Assembly: GCA_004322365.1 (NCBI GenBank)
Contig: SCTS01000006.1
Span: 4,777 to 68,776 of the forward strand
Direction: 5' to 3'
From: Patescibacteria group bacterium
Lineage (GTDB): Bacteria > Patescibacteriota > Minisyncoccia > Phycocordibacterales > Phycocordibacteraceae
DNA: 64,000 nt
The notes beneath the pieces are model-generated. The model was not told the origin of the DNA, searched no databases, and was given only the letters and a program-made list of their open reading frames with translations. This document shows, in pieces, positions 1 to 10,163 of the stretch. Numbering within the stretch: position 1 is the first letter of the stretch; every line of letters starts with the position of its first letter. The position numbers were made by a program, and so were the translations under genes.

Positions 1-190
1 CATGGTATGAAAAAAGCATTTCAGGACTCATGTACTGCTATACACTTGGACTCCCTTTCCTTCGAAATATGCTTCTCGGAGATATTTCATATGCACTTGC
101 CCTCTTTGGAGCATTTGAAGGAATTAAAATACTTCGGACAAGGAAGCACATCACGCTTAAAAGTGCGTGGGAATTTACACCCACCAAATA

Positions 191-595
191 CTAATCAAAT
201 TCTTGAGGTGCGGGTTTGAAGTGTTCGCCTTCATCGGCCTCAGCATCAGCCTTTGTTTTGTGAACTGTATCTCTTTTGTGATTGGGCGGAGCATAAAGCG
301 TATACAATTTCAGAGGATTCACTGAAGATGTGTTTACAATATTATGACGGGTACCAGCTGGGATAATTACAGCAAACCCATCAGCAAGGGTGCGTGCTTC
401 GCCGTCCAAAACTGATTTCCCTTCTCCTTTCTCGACTCGTATAAATTGATCGAGCGTATGTACCTCTTCCCCAATATCTTCATTGGGTTTCAAACTCATC
501 ACCACTAATTGCACTCGCTCATCGGTATACAAAACAGTGCGAAAATTTTCATTCTTCAGTGACTCCTCTTCAATATTGGCAACATATCCATTCAT
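191..595 (-). CDS. cupin domain protein
   Basis: 134-aa ORF with cupin-like beta-barrel region (GFAVIIPAGTRHNIVN); no informative neighbours. Confidence 0.5.
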   Translation of the reverse strand: MNGYVANIEEESLKNENFRTVLYTDERVQLVVMSLKPNEDIGEEVHTLDQFIRVEKGEGKSVLDGEARTLADGFAVIIPAGTRHNIVNTSSVNPLKLYTLYAPPNHKRDTVHKTKADAEADEGEHFKPAPQEFD

Positions 596-645
596 AGAAG
601 TGTGAAGTTACTAGTAACTCTATCTCCATTATATACTGCACACTC

Positions 646-1347
646 ATGGAAATAAGACCCTCTTATCCGTTACGCATCAACAAATACCTTGCACACAAGG
701 GTTATGCGACACGAAAAGATGCAGATACTCTCATAACGCAAGGATTGGTGTTCATTAATGGCAGGCAGGCAGTTCTTGGAGATAAGGTAGAAGAAAAAGA
801 TGTGGTTGAGGTAAAGGGCATACGAAAAGAATACCGATACTTCGCATACAACAAGCCTGAGGGCGTTGTTACCCATTCACCTCAAGAGGGAGAGAAAGAT
901 ATTTTAATGACAACATCCCTCAAGGAAGTGTTCCCTGTCGGCAGGCTTGATAAAAAATCAACAGGACTCATCATTCTTACCAATGACGGTCGCGTTACTG
1001 ACAAACTTCTGAATCCTGACTATGCACACGAAAAAGAGTACCGAGTTACCACAACCGATGAGCTACCAAAGAATTTTAAAAAACGAATGGAGACAGGCGT
1101 TGATATTGAAGGCTATGTAACAAAACCATGCACCATCGAAATTGAAGACGATTTTGAATTTACTATTACTTTAACTGAAGGAAAGAAACATCAAATTCGC
1201 AGGATGTGCGTTGCATGCGGAGTGAACATTGAAACATTGGAGCGCGTGCGTGTAATGAATATAGAGCTTGGCACATTAAAACCAGGGGCTCACCGACCTA
1301 TTGTTGGCACTGAACTAAAAGAACTTCTTACAGCGCTCGGGTTGTAA
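646..1347 (+). CDS. RNA pseudouridine synthase, RsuA/RluB family
   Basis: N-terminal S4-like RNA-binding motif (RINKYLAHKGYATRKDADTLI..NG) followed by the catalytic GRLDKKSTGLIILTNDG motif typical of the RsuA/RluB family. Confidence 0.8.
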   Translation: MEIRPSYPLRINKYLAHKGYATRKDADTLITQGLVFINGRQAVLGDKVEEKDVVEVKGIRKEYRYFAYNKPEGVVTHSPQEGEKDILMTTSLKEVFPVGRLDKKSTGLIILTNDGRVTDKLLNPDYAHEKEYRVTTTDELPKNFKKRMETGVDIEGYVTKPCTIEIEDDFEFTITLTEGKKHQIRRMCVACGVNIETLERVRVMNIELGTLKPGAHRPIVGTELKELLTALGL

Positions 1348-1356
1348 AAACTCGGG

Positions 1357-2064
1357 TTATATTCCATCAACTACTCCAATTATTTTTCCAATACCAAAAG
1401 TGATTACCATGGCGAGTATGCCACCAAACATCACACGAAATGTTGCCTTTGTTTTATTTGCCCCTCCAGCGTAGGCGCTGAGCATGCCTGTAACTGCAAG
1501 TGCGACAACAACGGCAATGAGCATTACAGGCATACGAAGCGATGCAGGCGGCAACCCAACAGCAATAAGAGGAATAAGTGCTCCCGCAAAAAAAGATCCA
1601 GCCGACGCAAATGCCGCATGCCAAGGATTTGTTAAACGATTAGGATCAATACCTAATTCCACATCCACATGTGCTGCGAATGCACCGTGGGCAGTCAGCT
1701 CTTTAGCAACTATGCGTGCCGTTGTACTCGTCACACCTTTCGCTTCATACATCGACACAAGTTCTTCAAACTCTTGCTCGGGCATGGTTTCAAGTTCAAA
1801 TCTTTCTTTTTCCAATAGAGCTCGCTCGGTGTCCCTTTGAGTACTTACAGAAATATATTCTCCAACAGCCATCGAAAGTGCACCTGCAACTAAGCCCGCC
1901 GTACCTGCAGTCAAAATAAATACTGATGAACCAGAAGCGCCAGCAACACCAGCAACTATTGAAGCCACTGAAACAATGCCATCGTTTGCACCCAAAACCG
2001 ATGCACGAAGCCAATTTAGCTTTGCGCCCGCGCCTTTCGAATGCCATTCGTGATGTAGCGACAT
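1357..2064 (-). CDS. VIT1/CCC1 family iron/manganese transporter
   Basis: Cytoplasmic N-terminal region then membrane helices; LGANDGIVSVASIVAGVAGA and C-terminal hydrophobic repeats match the VIT family. Confidence 0.7.
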   Translation of the reverse strand: MSLHHEWHSKGAGAKLNWLRASVLGANDGIVSVASIVAGVAGASGSSVFILTAGTAGLVAGALSMAVGEYISVSTQRDTERALLEKERFELETMPEQEFEELVSMYEAKGVTSTTARIVAKELTAHGAFAAHVDVELGIDPNRLTNPWHAAFASAGSFFAGALIPLIAVGLPPASLRMPVMLIAVVVALAVTGMLSAYAGGANKTKATFRVMFGGILAMVITFGIGKIIGVVDGI

Positions 2065-2091
2065 GCTACATGCATTCTACTATAGCCACTC

Positions 2092-2646
2092 CTAAGCTCC
2101 GATTTCTTTAAACGTAACGCCTGGCGGCAGTGTAAATTTTGACTCATCAACTGTCCACGGCTGACAATCATAGTCGCCAATTGTCTCAGCATTAAAGCCA
2201 ATCTGACCTGATGCGGGAGCTACATTTGTTCCTTCAGGTGCCACCGCCTTTACCTTAAAGCCCATGCTTGGTGCCGCTGAAGTCCATGTATAGGTGTAAC
2301 CGTCGCGAAGTATGAAATCAGTCTGAATAGTTTTGCCGTAGGCTTCAGTCTTAAAATCCCCATTCATCATTCCTTTATATGCATACACAGTCCCCTTCGT
2401 CTCAAGATCACTTACATTTTGGACAACCGTACACTTACTTGCCTCACCACTCTTCAGAAATTCCGAGAACGCCATTTTCTTACCGCTCGGCTGTGCGAGA
2501 GCATTTGCTGTCTCAGTTTTTGAAACTGCACCCTTGTTTGAGGTAATCGCAAAGTATCCTCCTCCAACTACAACGGCACCAACGACAATCCAAAGTATTA
2601 TTTTTTGCATACGATTTAGCGAAATTATGTGAATCAGCAGATTCAT
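2092..2646 (-). CDS. hypothetical membrane-anchored/secreted protein
   Basis: N-terminal hydrophobic helix (likely true start at internal M, MQKIILWIVVGAVVVGGG). Lies directly downstream of an ArsR-type palindrome. No recognisable family. Confidence 0.4.
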   Translation of the reverse strand: MNLLIHIISLNRMQKIILWIVVGAVVVGGGYFAITSNKGAVSKTETANALAQPSGKKMAFSEFLKSGEASKCTVVQNVSDLETKGTVYAYKGMMNGDFKTEAYGKTIQTDFILRDGYTYTWTSAAPSMGFKVKAVAPEGTNVAPASGQIGFNAETIGDYDCQPWTVDESKFTLPPGVTFKEIGA

Positions 2647-2759
2647 GCCGGGCAGTGTCCATTGAAGCCCGGCCGGACGTCCATTAAGGGTCGACTAAAA
2701 ATTATCTTAATAGCTACACTCCTCAGTATACAAGAGACTTACATACCCACCACACAAAA

Positions 2760-2789
2760 CATTCCAACATTCTCAAGAATGTTGGAATG
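2760..2789. promoter_or_regulatory. 30-bp palindrome (14-bp arms, 2-bp spacer) CATTCCAACATTCT-CA-AGAATGTTGGAATG; putative ArsR operator
   Basis: Perfect inverted repeat read from sequence. A second copy lies at 3076-3105. This one sits between the arsR stop and the next gene. Confidence 0.6.
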
Positions 2790-3057
2790 TGGTGATGAAT
2801 CCAACCAGCATACGACCGTACGGAGAGAGCGAGTGTGCCACAGTTCTTCCTTGATACTTTTTATTCAGCAAACCTGCTTGCACCAAACGACGCGTATGTT
2901 CAGAAATTGTTTTTATATTAGAACCGAGACTTTGCGCTATGCCCTCAACCGTAATCTGATCATCAGTATTCACAAGAAGCAAAATCTCAATCCGATGATG
3001 ATTTGCGATCCCTTTAAAATGTCGCTCAAGTTGTTTACTTGTTTTTCCTTTCTTCAT
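2773..3057 (-). CDS. ArsR/SmtB family metalloregulator
   Basis: 94 aa with a winged HTH (HHRIEILLLV..ITVEGIAQSLGSNIKTISEHTRRLVQAGLL), typical of ArsR/SmtB. Confidence 0.8.
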   Translation of the reverse strand: MKKGKTSKQLERHFKGIANHHRIEILLLVNTDDQITVEGIAQSLGSNIKTISEHTRRLVQAGLLNKKYQGRTVAHSLSPYGRMLVGFITTFQHS

Positions 3058-3075
3058 ATATACACAGTACTACAT

Positions 3076-3105
3076 CATTCCAACATTCTTGAGAATGTTG
3101 GAATG
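3076..3105. promoter_or_regulatory. second copy of the 30-bp ArsR-type palindrome, 19-48 bp upstream of the arsR start
   Basis: CATTCCAACATTCT-TG-AGAATGTTGGAATG. Same arms as 2760-2789 with the spacer inverted. Confidence 0.6.
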
Positions 3106-3166
3106 TAAAAGTGAATTAGAGTATCTGAGTGATTTTTTCAAATATTCCTCTCTCTTTGTGAGTAAA

Positions 3167-3469
3167 CTACGCTTGGATTTCTATAGAAAAAGAGATCGAT
3201 TCCTCTGCATACACACCCTCCTTTTTTCGTACCTCAGCTTTAAGTGGGAGAAGATACGAACCAGCTTTTGTATCAGGAAAAATCGAAGTCTTCCAGACTG
3301 TTTTGCCAAGCGTCACCATTACTGGAAGTGAGCCCCATCCTCTTTTCATACCACCAAATTTCTTTTTAATTTCTTCTGATTGTTTTTTATCAATTGATAC
3401 AAAATGCCATCCAGACATTCCTGGATATAGCCGCACCTTGCTCACAACTTTGTACTTTCTTGATTTCAT
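3167..3469 (-). CDS. DUF1905-like small protein
   Basis: MSGWHFVSI core resembles the DUF1905 family. The ORF-track N-terminus probably over-extends; the internal start MKSRKYK avoids overlap with the upstream gene. Confidence 0.35.
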   Translation of the reverse strand: MKSRKYKVVSKVRLYPGMSGWHFVSIDKKQSEEIKKKFGGMKRGWGSLPVMVTLGKTVWKTSIFPDTKAGSYLLPLKAEVRKKEGVYAEESISFSIEIQA

Positions 3470-3497
3470 ATGGCAATTGAATAAAATTACTATTTTC

Positions 3498-4022
3498 CTA
3501 AATATTTGATAGAAAATTCTTCGCTTCTTTAGGAGAAGCAAGTTTGATTATTTTAGTTTGGTCTTTCAGTTGAGCGAGAAATTTATTGAGTGAAGCGGTC
3601 TCCCCCTTTGTCCAGACTAACTTGAGAAACTTCCAGCTAAATTTTTCAGGACTACCTTCAAGCTCAGAGCGAGGATTTTTCTTATGCATCCACCACCGCT
3701 GTATGTAGCGAAGTGACGCAACGAGAGGATGATAATCCAAATAAATTATTGACTCAGCACGCTCAAAAACAAAAGAGCGTGCCCCCTTAGCTATGTAGCC
3801 TTCAATAATCCACCGAGGCTTGGCACTTTCCTCATTAAGCTTTTTAACAGTCTCTTCATCTCCAATATAGTTCCATCCAGGCTTCCACATAATGGCATCC
3901 ATAAAGACAATTGGCAGATTCACTTTCGTAGCCAGCCTTCTTGCGAAAACTGATTTGCCTGAGGCACTGACACCAACTACGACAATTTTATTTCTCAGTT
4001 CTAAAGGATACAAAGGTAACAC
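3498..4022 (-). CDS. P-loop NTPase, topology-modulation/adenylate-kinase-like
   Basis: Walker A motif GVSASGKS near the N-terminus; size about 170 aa; resembles FlaR/YqaC-type kinases. Confidence 0.5.
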   Translation of the reverse strand: MLPLYPLELRNKIVVVGVSASGKSVFARRLATKVNLPIVFMDAIMWKPGWNYIGDEETVKKLNEESAKPRWIIEGYIAKGARSFVFERAESIIYLDYHPLVASLRYIQRWWMHKKNPRSELEGSPEKFSWKFLKLVWTKGETASLNKFLAQLKDQTKIIKLASPKEAKNFLSNI

Positions 4023-4030
4023 TTGGATTA

Positions 4031-4429
4031 CTAGCTAACCTCTATTTGAAAGTTATACATCCCCATGCCACATACCCCTTGTATTTTTTCGCCAGACTTA
4101 GAAATACCTAAATCAATCACCTCTTCACCAGTTGGTTGGAGTATCTTTTGGAAACCGACCGAACGGACAACGAGCGATGCAGAACAATCGTAGGTGCCGT
4201 CGGTTTTCACTACCAACTTTGTCGGTAGTCCTCCCTTGATTTGACTGACGCTCGGAGAATAACCACCCTTTGCGGTTATCGTTACGTACTGTACGCCATC
4301 TCTAATCTCTACATTCTGAGAATCCACCACTTCGTCACCTGAAGATGCTGGTCTGTCAGAAACGAAATACAGCATTCCCCCAATGAGTACAAGACTGATG
4401 ATTACGGATATGAGTATGTTCTTTTGCAT
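4031..4429 (-). CDS. membrane-anchored protein with Cys/Met-rich C-terminus (putative metal-binding)
   Basis: N-terminal TM helix. C-terminal YDCSAS..GVCGMGMY has Cys/Met residues suggestive of Cu(I) ligands. Sits in a metal-resistance context. Confidence 0.4.
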   Translation of the reverse strand: MQKNILISVIISLVLIGGMLYFVSDRPASSGDEVVDSQNVEIRDGVQYVTITAKGGYSPSVSQIKGGLPTKLVVKTDGTYDCSASLVVRSVGFQKILQPTGEEVIDLGISKSGEKIQGVCGMGMYNFQIEVS

Positions 4430-4445
4430 ATATTAACTAGTAAGA

Positions 4446-5453
4446 TTATATGTTAAATAAAGGATCAATAATACCGAGTCCGGCAAGTCCTGCGAGTAGT
4501 GCGAATGCTCCAAGGCCAATCACTAGAACTCCAGCAGATTTGAAAAAGAGCGGGGCGTGCTTTGACCCTGCAAATGAAGCAGAGCCAAAGGACAAAAGCG
4601 CGAGCATCGGGAGTGTGCCAAGGGCAAATGCAGTCATTATTAGAAATCCCGAGAGAAACGAACCGCTTGAGAGCGCAGCAATCTGCATTGTTTGAGTAAA
4701 CCCACAAGGCAAGAAAAATGTACCAACACCAATCAAGAACGGGGCTATCGTCTTATGTTCCACCTTGCGGAAGAAACTGAAAAATCCCGAGGGGAGAGCA
4801 ATCATATTTTTCTCAAATACTCCTACGAGATTAAGCCCAAGCAGAATCATCACTGTTGAAGCAATTATTCCCAGTATTGCAGTGAGAGTAAAACTAATTC
4901 CGATAGCGCTACCAATGGCACCGAGCACACCACCGAGTACAGCAAAACTAATAAGCCTGCCTCCGTGGAAAAGCATCATCGGCTTTACGTCACTAACCTT
5001 GTCCTGAGAGACTGTTGCGGAAAGGGAGAGCACTAATCCTCCAACAACCGCAAGACAACTTGAAACAGAAGCGACTAGTCCGATGATAAAACTTGTCACT
5101 GGTGTCACGGTCCCACCTAAACCAAAATTTAGGATTCCTGATTTTTGCACAATGAAAAACAGTGCGAGAAACGCTAGCCCGATGGGCAATGCCAGCCAAA
5201 TGACTCCACTGTTCTTGTTTTCCTTTGCTCGCTTCTCTATAGAGAGCTGGTAGCCATTCTGTTTAATTTGCTCGGTCAAAACTTCAGCAAGCATATGCTG
5301 CGAATCATCAAGATCGGTATCAAAAGAAACTGTCTCGTGCTTGAGATCAACTTGTGTATTTTTAATACCAATGTGCTCGTTCAGTGCATCCTCAATAAAG
5401 ATTTTGCAGGAGGCGCAGTGCGTGCCGGAAACGTGTAATGTGATAGTTTTCAT
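4446..5453 (-). CDS. HMA-domain fused to a polytopic permease (DsbD_2/UreH-like family)
   Basis: N-terminal heavy-metal-associated fold with GTHCASC (MxCxxC-type) motif, then about 6 TM helices. Start chosen at MKTITLHVSG. Confidence 0.6.
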   Translation of the reverse strand: MKTITLHVSGTHCASCKIFIEDALNEHIGIKNTQVDLKHETVSFDTDLDDSQHMLAEVLTEQIKQNGYQLSIEKRAKENKNSGVIWLALPIGLAFLALFFIVQKSGILNFGLGGTVTPVTSFIIGLVASVSSCLAVVGGLVLSLSATVSQDKVSDVKPMMLFHGGRLISFAVLGGVLGAIGSAIGISFTLTAILGIIASTVMILLGLNLVGVFEKNMIALPSGFFSFFRKVEHKTIAPFLIGVGTFFLPCGFTQTMQIAALSSGSFLSGFLIMTAFALGTLPMLALLSFGSASFAGSKHAPLFFKSAGVLVIGLGAFALLAGLAGLGIIDPLFNI

Positions 5454-5475
5454 AATTGATACTATTTCTCTGGAT

Positions 5476-5697
5476 TTATACAATCTCTCCTTTTTTCTCA
5501 AGCGTCATGTGATGGAGCGTCGCAAGTTGAAGCCAAATGGCAATCAATATTCTAATACCAGCATCAATAAAAAGATGGTTCTGATTCAAACCAAAGACCG
5601 TTCCGCTTGGACCGGCAATATACGCCCCGACAAGCGCTACAATTCCCGCTACGCCTACAATGACGCTCACCACATGCAATATTTTTGATATCTTCAT
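5476..5697 (-). CDS. small 2-TM membrane protein with conserved HHM motif
   Basis: 73 aa. Clear paralog of the ORF at 60601-60819; both end in ..LIAIWL..T.HHM.LEK.GEI. Both are adjacent to metal-transport genes. Confidence 0.5.
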   Translation of the reverse strand: MKISKILHVVSVIVGVAGIVALVGAYIAGPSGTVFGLNQNHLFIDAGIRILIAIWLQLATLHHMTLEKKGEIV

Positions 5698-5729
5698 ATA
5701 TTTTTACTTTTAATTAATTTTTAATAAGA

Positions 5730-6350
5730 TTATTTGTACCAACTTTCATACCAGCCCTGCATTTGCTGAATCTCTTTGGCTTGAGAGTCAATAATATTTC
5801 TTGCGAGCTGTTGCATTTCTGGCTGTGCAGTTCCAGATTCAAGCATGCGAGCCATCATGATTGCCATTTGATGATGCGGAATCATAGCCTCGATAAATGC
5901 CTTGTCGAAATCAGGTGCATTTTTTAAAGCTTCAATATCCTGTGCACCTCCCATGTGCATGCCGCCCTGTGACATCATTCCGCCAATCATGGCACTGCCT
6001 TTTGATACTTCTTTTCCAAACCAATCTTTGTACCAGCTTTTCATCTGCTGATTTTCAGATTCTTGTGCGCTTACGATGGCTTGGGCAAGCGTCTTTATTT
6101 CAGGTCTTTTTGCTTTCTCGAGCGCAAGATTTGCCATAGCAATTGCTCCATCATGATGAGATATCATCTGTTCGATGAAGTGTTTATCAATCGAACTCAC
6201 ATTTGCTGACTGAGGGGTTTGATTTTGGTTGTTTCCCCATGACATCATTCCACCATATCTCATCATGGGAAAGAATATTGCCGCAAAAATGAGACCGATA
6301 ACAATTCCGCTTACTCCGTACATGACGCTATTATTTTGATTGTTGTTCAT
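5730..6350 (-). CDS. DUF305 family protein (copper-resistance-associated, Met/His-rich)
   Basis: Duplicated HH-containing helices (ISHHDGAIAMA.., IPHHQMAIMMA..) after an N-terminal TM segment. Hallmark of DUF305. Confidence 0.7.
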   Translation of the reverse strand: MNNNQNNSVMYGVSGIVIGLIFAAIFFPMMRYGGMMSWGNNQNQTPQSANVSSIDKHFIEQMISHHDGAIAMANLALEKAKRPEIKTLAQAIVSAQESENQQMKSWYKDWFGKEVSKGSAMIGGMMSQGGMHMGGAQDIEALKNAPDFDKAFIEAMIPHHQMAIMMARMLESGTAQPEMQQLARNIIDSQAKEIQQMQGWYESWYK

Positions 6351-6393
6351 AGTTTTGTAGTTACTGTAATAATGACCTTTCTAATAGAAATAG

Positions 6394-7524
6394 TTATGGG
6401 GTGCCACCCATATCCTTATTCCACATACTAATACCATTTGGCATTTCACCAATTTTTATTCGAGCAACTTCTTTGTTTGATAGCGCGTCTATTACAGACA
6501 TATCCTTACTCAACAGGTTTGTTACATACACGAACCGTCCAGCTTTATCTACTACGATGCCGTGCGGTCCGTCCCCTGCAGGTATGACCTGATCAACTTT
6601 TTTTTGGCCAATATCAATTCGATACACTGTATTCCCGATAGGCTGATCAAAGTAGTACCCCTGGTTTACAACATAGAGATATTTTGAATCAGGAGTTGCG
6701 TACAATTGGACTGATCCTTTAGCGTCCTCTGGGAGGTCAATGTATCCTTGTTCTTCTGTCTGCGTCTTAATCCATGCTACTTTTTTTGTGTTGTAAACGG
6801 AACCGAAGACATAGTTTCCATCGGAGGTTACCGCCGTCTGAATTACCGCGCCCGACAGTGGATATTCTAGTACTGAGTAATTTTTAAGGCTGACTTCAGC
6901 AATTGCCTTTCCGCCAATCAATGCAACATATAGTTTTGAATTATCAGGTGAGAGGCGCAGACCGTGAGGTTCACTTTTTTCACCAATAGAAATTGATTTT
7001 TCTATTTTTTTGTTGGTTAAGTCAATGCTATATAAAATCCCTTTCTCTTGCGACATAACATAGGCGCGGGTGCCCGCATCATTGATGACAACGTGCGCAA
7101 GATGCGAGTCTATTTCAATCGGTAATGATCCCGTCACAGTGTCAGTCTTCGGATCAATGAAGAATACTTTGTCGTAGAGGTCGTCCGAGACATCTTCATT
7201 ATTTGATTCACTCTCTCCCATGACACCTCGCTTCACATTAGCGGTGACAAGAACAATTTTTCCATTCGGAGCCACTTGCACATTGTGAGTGGTGTACCCC
7301 ACAAACTTGCCATTCTGGACTTCGGAGAGGTCAATTGATTTAATAACCTTACGCGAAGCGGTATCAACGACGCCCACTCTTCCCTCCTCTTCTATCGCGA
7401 CATACACTTTCTCAGTGTAGTTTTGAGCACCACCAATGTTGCTTTGAGACGAGAAAAGAAATGCTGCGATGAAAAAGGGTGACAATGCAAGAGCTATGGC
7501 TGCTATGAGTGATATTTTTTTCAT
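6394..7524 (-). CDS. secreted YVTN-type beta-propeller repeat protein
   Basis: Signal peptide then repeated about 40-aa units (..YVALIGG.., ..FVYVTNLLSKDMSVID..) typical of YVTN propellers. Confidence 0.55.
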   Translation of the reverse strand: MKKISLIAAIALALSPFFIAAFLFSSQSNIGGAQNYTEKVYVAIEEEGRVGVVDTASRKVIKSIDLSEVQNGKFVGYTTHNVQVAPNGKIVLVTANVKRGVMGESESNNEDVSDDLYDKVFFIDPKTDTVTGSLPIEIDSHLAHVVINDAGTRAYVMSQEKGILYSIDLTNKKIEKSISIGEKSEPHGLRLSPDNSKLYVALIGGKAIAEVSLKNYSVLEYPLSGAVIQTAVTSDGNYVFGSVYNTKKVAWIKTQTEEQGYIDLPEDAKGSVQLYATPDSKYLYVVNQGYYFDQPIGNTVYRIDIGQKKVDQVIPAGDGPHGIVVDKAGRFVYVTNLLSKDMSVIDALSNKEVARIKIGEMPNGISMWNKDMGGTP

Positions 7525-7528
7525 ACCG

Positions 7529-9823
7529 TTATAGTTTCTTTACTTTTAGACGGAGTGAGTTCGTGACCACCGAAACACTCGACATAGCCATCGCAAATCC
7601 CGCAAAGACAGGCGACAACAACCAACCAAAGAACGGAAAGAATATTCCGCTCGCCAGTGGTATGCCAACGATGTTGTATATAAATGCCCAGAACAAATTT
7701 TGTTTGATTCCGCGCATTGTTAACTTTGAGAGGCGAATCGCTTTCACTATTTTAGAAACATCTCCATGAAGAAGCGTAATCCCCGCGCTTTCAATGGCCA
7801 CGTCTGTTCCTGTCGCCATTGCAATACCAACGTCAGCTTGCGCGAGCGCTGGCGCGTCATTCACCCCGTCCCCTGCCATTGCGACGACATACCCCTTGCT
7901 TTGTAACTCCTTAATTTTTGCCAGCTTATCAGCAGGCATGACCTCTGCCACAACCTCATCAATACCAACTTGATCGGCAATATAGCGTGCGGTGTTTTTG
8001 TTATCACCGGTAAGCATTACCACCTTAATCCCAAGCTTGTGCAGATTCTTTACCGCCTCAATGGCTTCCGGCTTTATCGCATCCGCAACCATAAACACCC
8101 CGAGCAACTTTTCTTTTGTTGCAAGCAAGACGGGTGTTTTACCTTCAGTGGTTTCTTTTGTTATTGACTCCGTGTCGAAACTGAGCCCTAGGTCTTGTAT
8201 TAATTTTGTATTACCTGCGAAGTATTCAACACCATCAATTAACCCCTTCACTCCTTTGCCTTTGATCGCTTCAAAACCAGTAACAGTAGGAATATCTATT
8301 TTTCTTTCTTTGGCGGAGGAAGCAATGGCGTGGGCGATTGGATGTTCAGATTTATTTTCAAGTCCTGCCAATACCGAAATAATGTTACTCTCCGATTTCT
8401 CTGAAAGATTTTTAATGGATACTAACTCAGGCTTCCCTCGAGTGAGGGTACCTGTCTTGTCGACCACGACAGTAGTCACCTTGTGAAGTTTTTCCAAAGT
8501 AGCAGCATCTTTCACTAAAATTCCTTCACGAGCGCCTTTGCCTACTCCCACAATAATCGCAGTGGGCGTAGCGAGCCCCAATGCACATGGACATGCAATT
8601 ACCAGAATTCCTACGAAAGAAACAAGTCCGTACGAAAGTGCTTGAGAGAACCCTAGGTACGGTGTACCTATCAAGAGCCATAGGTCGAGAGCAATGACTG
8701 CCAATACCAAAACTACTGGGACAAAAACAGACGAAATTTTGTCAGCCAACGCTTGAATGGGCGCCTTACTTCCTTGAGCGTCTTCAACCATTCTAATAAT
8801 CTGAGACAGGAAAGTCTGTGACCCAATTTTTGTTGCTCTAAACGTAAATACGCCTGAGGTGTTAATAGTTCCGGCCACTATCGAATCACCAAATTCTTTC
8901 TTCACTGGCATTGGCTCACCAGTAACCATAGATTCATCAACAAAAGACTCCCCTTCAGTTATTTCGCCATCAACTGGAATCTTTGCGCCAGGCTTTACGA
9001 TGATAAACTCGCCTACTTTCACTTGGTCTATGGGTATTTCTATCTCCTTTCCATCCCGTATGACGAGCGCGGTCTTTGCCTGAAGATTCAATAGCTTTTC
9101 AATCGCGTCACCTGTTTTAATCTTCGATTTTGCTTCCAGATATTTACCAAGCGTAATGAATGCAATCACCACGATAGTCACGTCGTAATAACTTTGATCA
9201 ACATTCAAATATGGGCGGAGCGATGTCTCGAGAGCCGCTATCATTAAGCTGTATGTGTACGCGGCAAGTGTTCCAATCCCTATAAGGGTGTCCATATTTG
9301 CTTTGCCATAGCGAATGAAGCGATACACACCAAGAAGATACGGTTTACCGACTACAAAAAGCACATACGTTGCAAATGCCGGTAATAGGTGATGAAAAAA
9401 TTCAGACCAAACATAGGGCATCGCCGAAATGATTTTAAATTGGGCGAGAATGTCCCACCCCATGATGAAAGCGGCAAAAATGGCAATGGGAATTGCTGAG
9501 AGTACCTTTATACGCATATCTGCAACCTCCGCTAACTTTTCCTTCTTTGTTTGATTGAGCCCGAGGTGTGCGGCATGATCTTCCGGAGACATACCCATTT
9601 CTAGAGCCGTAGCAGGGATATCTAGAGAATATCCGAGAGGCTCAATATGTTTTGATAGTTCGTGTGCGTTCGTTTTAGCGGGGTCAAAAGAGACCTTCGC
9701 TTTTTCAGTCCCATAGTTTACTTCTGCAGAATGCACGCCTTCAACTTTCTTAAATGTCTTCTCGATAGTCGAGGAGCACGAAGCACAGTGCATTCCTTTA
9801 ATGTTATACGTTTGTGTTTGCAT
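7529..9823 (-). CDS. copA: copper-translocating P1B-type ATPase
   Basis: N-terminal HMA (GMHCASC), CPC motif ([11 protein letters not shown]), DKTGT phosphorylation site, GDGVNDAP hinge. 764 aa. Confidence 0.9.
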   Translation of the reverse strand: MQTQTYNIKGMHCASCSSTIEKTFKKVEGVHSAEVNYGTEKAKVSFDPAKTNAHELSKHIEPLGYSLDIPATALEMGMSPEDHAAHLGLNQTKKEKLAEVADMRIKVLSAIPIAIFAAFIMGWDILAQFKIISAMPYVWSEFFHHLLPAFATYVLFVVGKPYLLGVYRFIRYGKANMDTLIGIGTLAAYTYSLMIAALETSLRPYLNVDQSYYDVTIVVIAFITLGKYLEAKSKIKTGDAIEKLLNLQAKTALVIRDGKEIEIPIDQVKVGEFIIVKPGAKIPVDGEITEGESFVDESMVTGEPMPVKKEFGDSIVAGTINTSGVFTFRATKIGSQTFLSQIIRMVEDAQGSKAPIQALADKISSVFVPVVLVLAVIALDLWLLIGTPYLGFSQALSYGLVSFVGILVIACPCALGLATPTAIIVGVGKGAREGILVKDAATLEKLHKVTTVVVDKTGTLTRGKPELVSIKNLSEKSESNIISVLAGLENKSEHPIAHAIASSAKERKIDIPTVTGFEAIKGKGVKGLIDGVEYFAGNTKLIQDLGLSFDTESITKETTEGKTPVLLATKEKLLGVFMVADAIKPEAIEAVKNLHKLGIKVVMLTGDNKNTARYIADQVGIDEVVAEVMPADKLAKIKELQSKGYVVAMAGDGVNDAPALAQADVGIAMATGTDVAIESAGITLLHGDVSKIVKAIRLSKLTMRGIKQNLFWAFIYNIVGIPLASGIFFPFFGWLLSPVFAGFAMAMSSVSVVTNSLRLKVKKL

Positions 9824-9847
9824 ATTACTTGTAGTGAGTCTGTCGAA

Positions 9848-10123
9848 CTATTTCCTCTTTAATTTATACACCTTGAGAATTTCTTCTTTTGCCTTGTCTA
9901 TTTTGCCTGACTTCACTTGATTTAAGATGCAGCCACCAAGATGATTCTCGAGGAGAAGATCTTCAACATTCGAAAGCCCCTGTTTTACTGCAGATGTCTG
10001 GGTAATTACATCAATGCAATAGATATCACTCTCAACCATCTTTTGAAGCCCTCGAACTTGACCTTCTAAAAGTTTGAGTCGGCGAATGACTTTCGCTTTA
10101 CTAGTATCATCCATGTATTTCAT
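9848..10123 (-). CDS. csoR: CsoR/RcnR family metal-sensing repressor
   Basis: About 90 aa after trimming to the internal Met (the ORF-track start is GTG at 10165). RRLKLLEGQVRGLQKMVE..YC..H..C is the CsoR signature. Confidence 0.8.
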   Translation of the reverse strand: MKYMDDTSKAKVIRRLKLLEGQVRGLQKMVESDIYCIDVITQTSAVKQGLSNVEDLLLENHLGGCILNQVKSGKIDKAKEEILKVYKLKRK

Positions 10124-10128
10124 ACAAA

Positions 10129-10156
10129 CAAGTATACCCCCTAGGGGGTATACTTG
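10129..10156. promoter_or_regulatory. perfect 28-bp palindrome CAAGTATACCCCCTAGGGGGTATACTTG; CsoR-type operator
   Basis: Read directly from sequence. GC-tract pseudo-palindrome of the ATACCC..GGGTAT type, 5 bp upstream of the csoR start codon. Confidence 0.7.
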
Positions 10157-10163
10157 CAAGTCC

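Noticed and set aside
7-219. 70-aa ORF at the window start
   Set aside because: No features; overlaps the cupin gene's 3' flank; likely spurious and window-truncated context.
1484-2047. ORFs on the opposite strand inside the VIT1 gene (1484-1840, 1716-1919, 1796-2047)
   Set aside because: Fully embedded antisense to a well-supported membrane transporter ORF; compositional artefacts.
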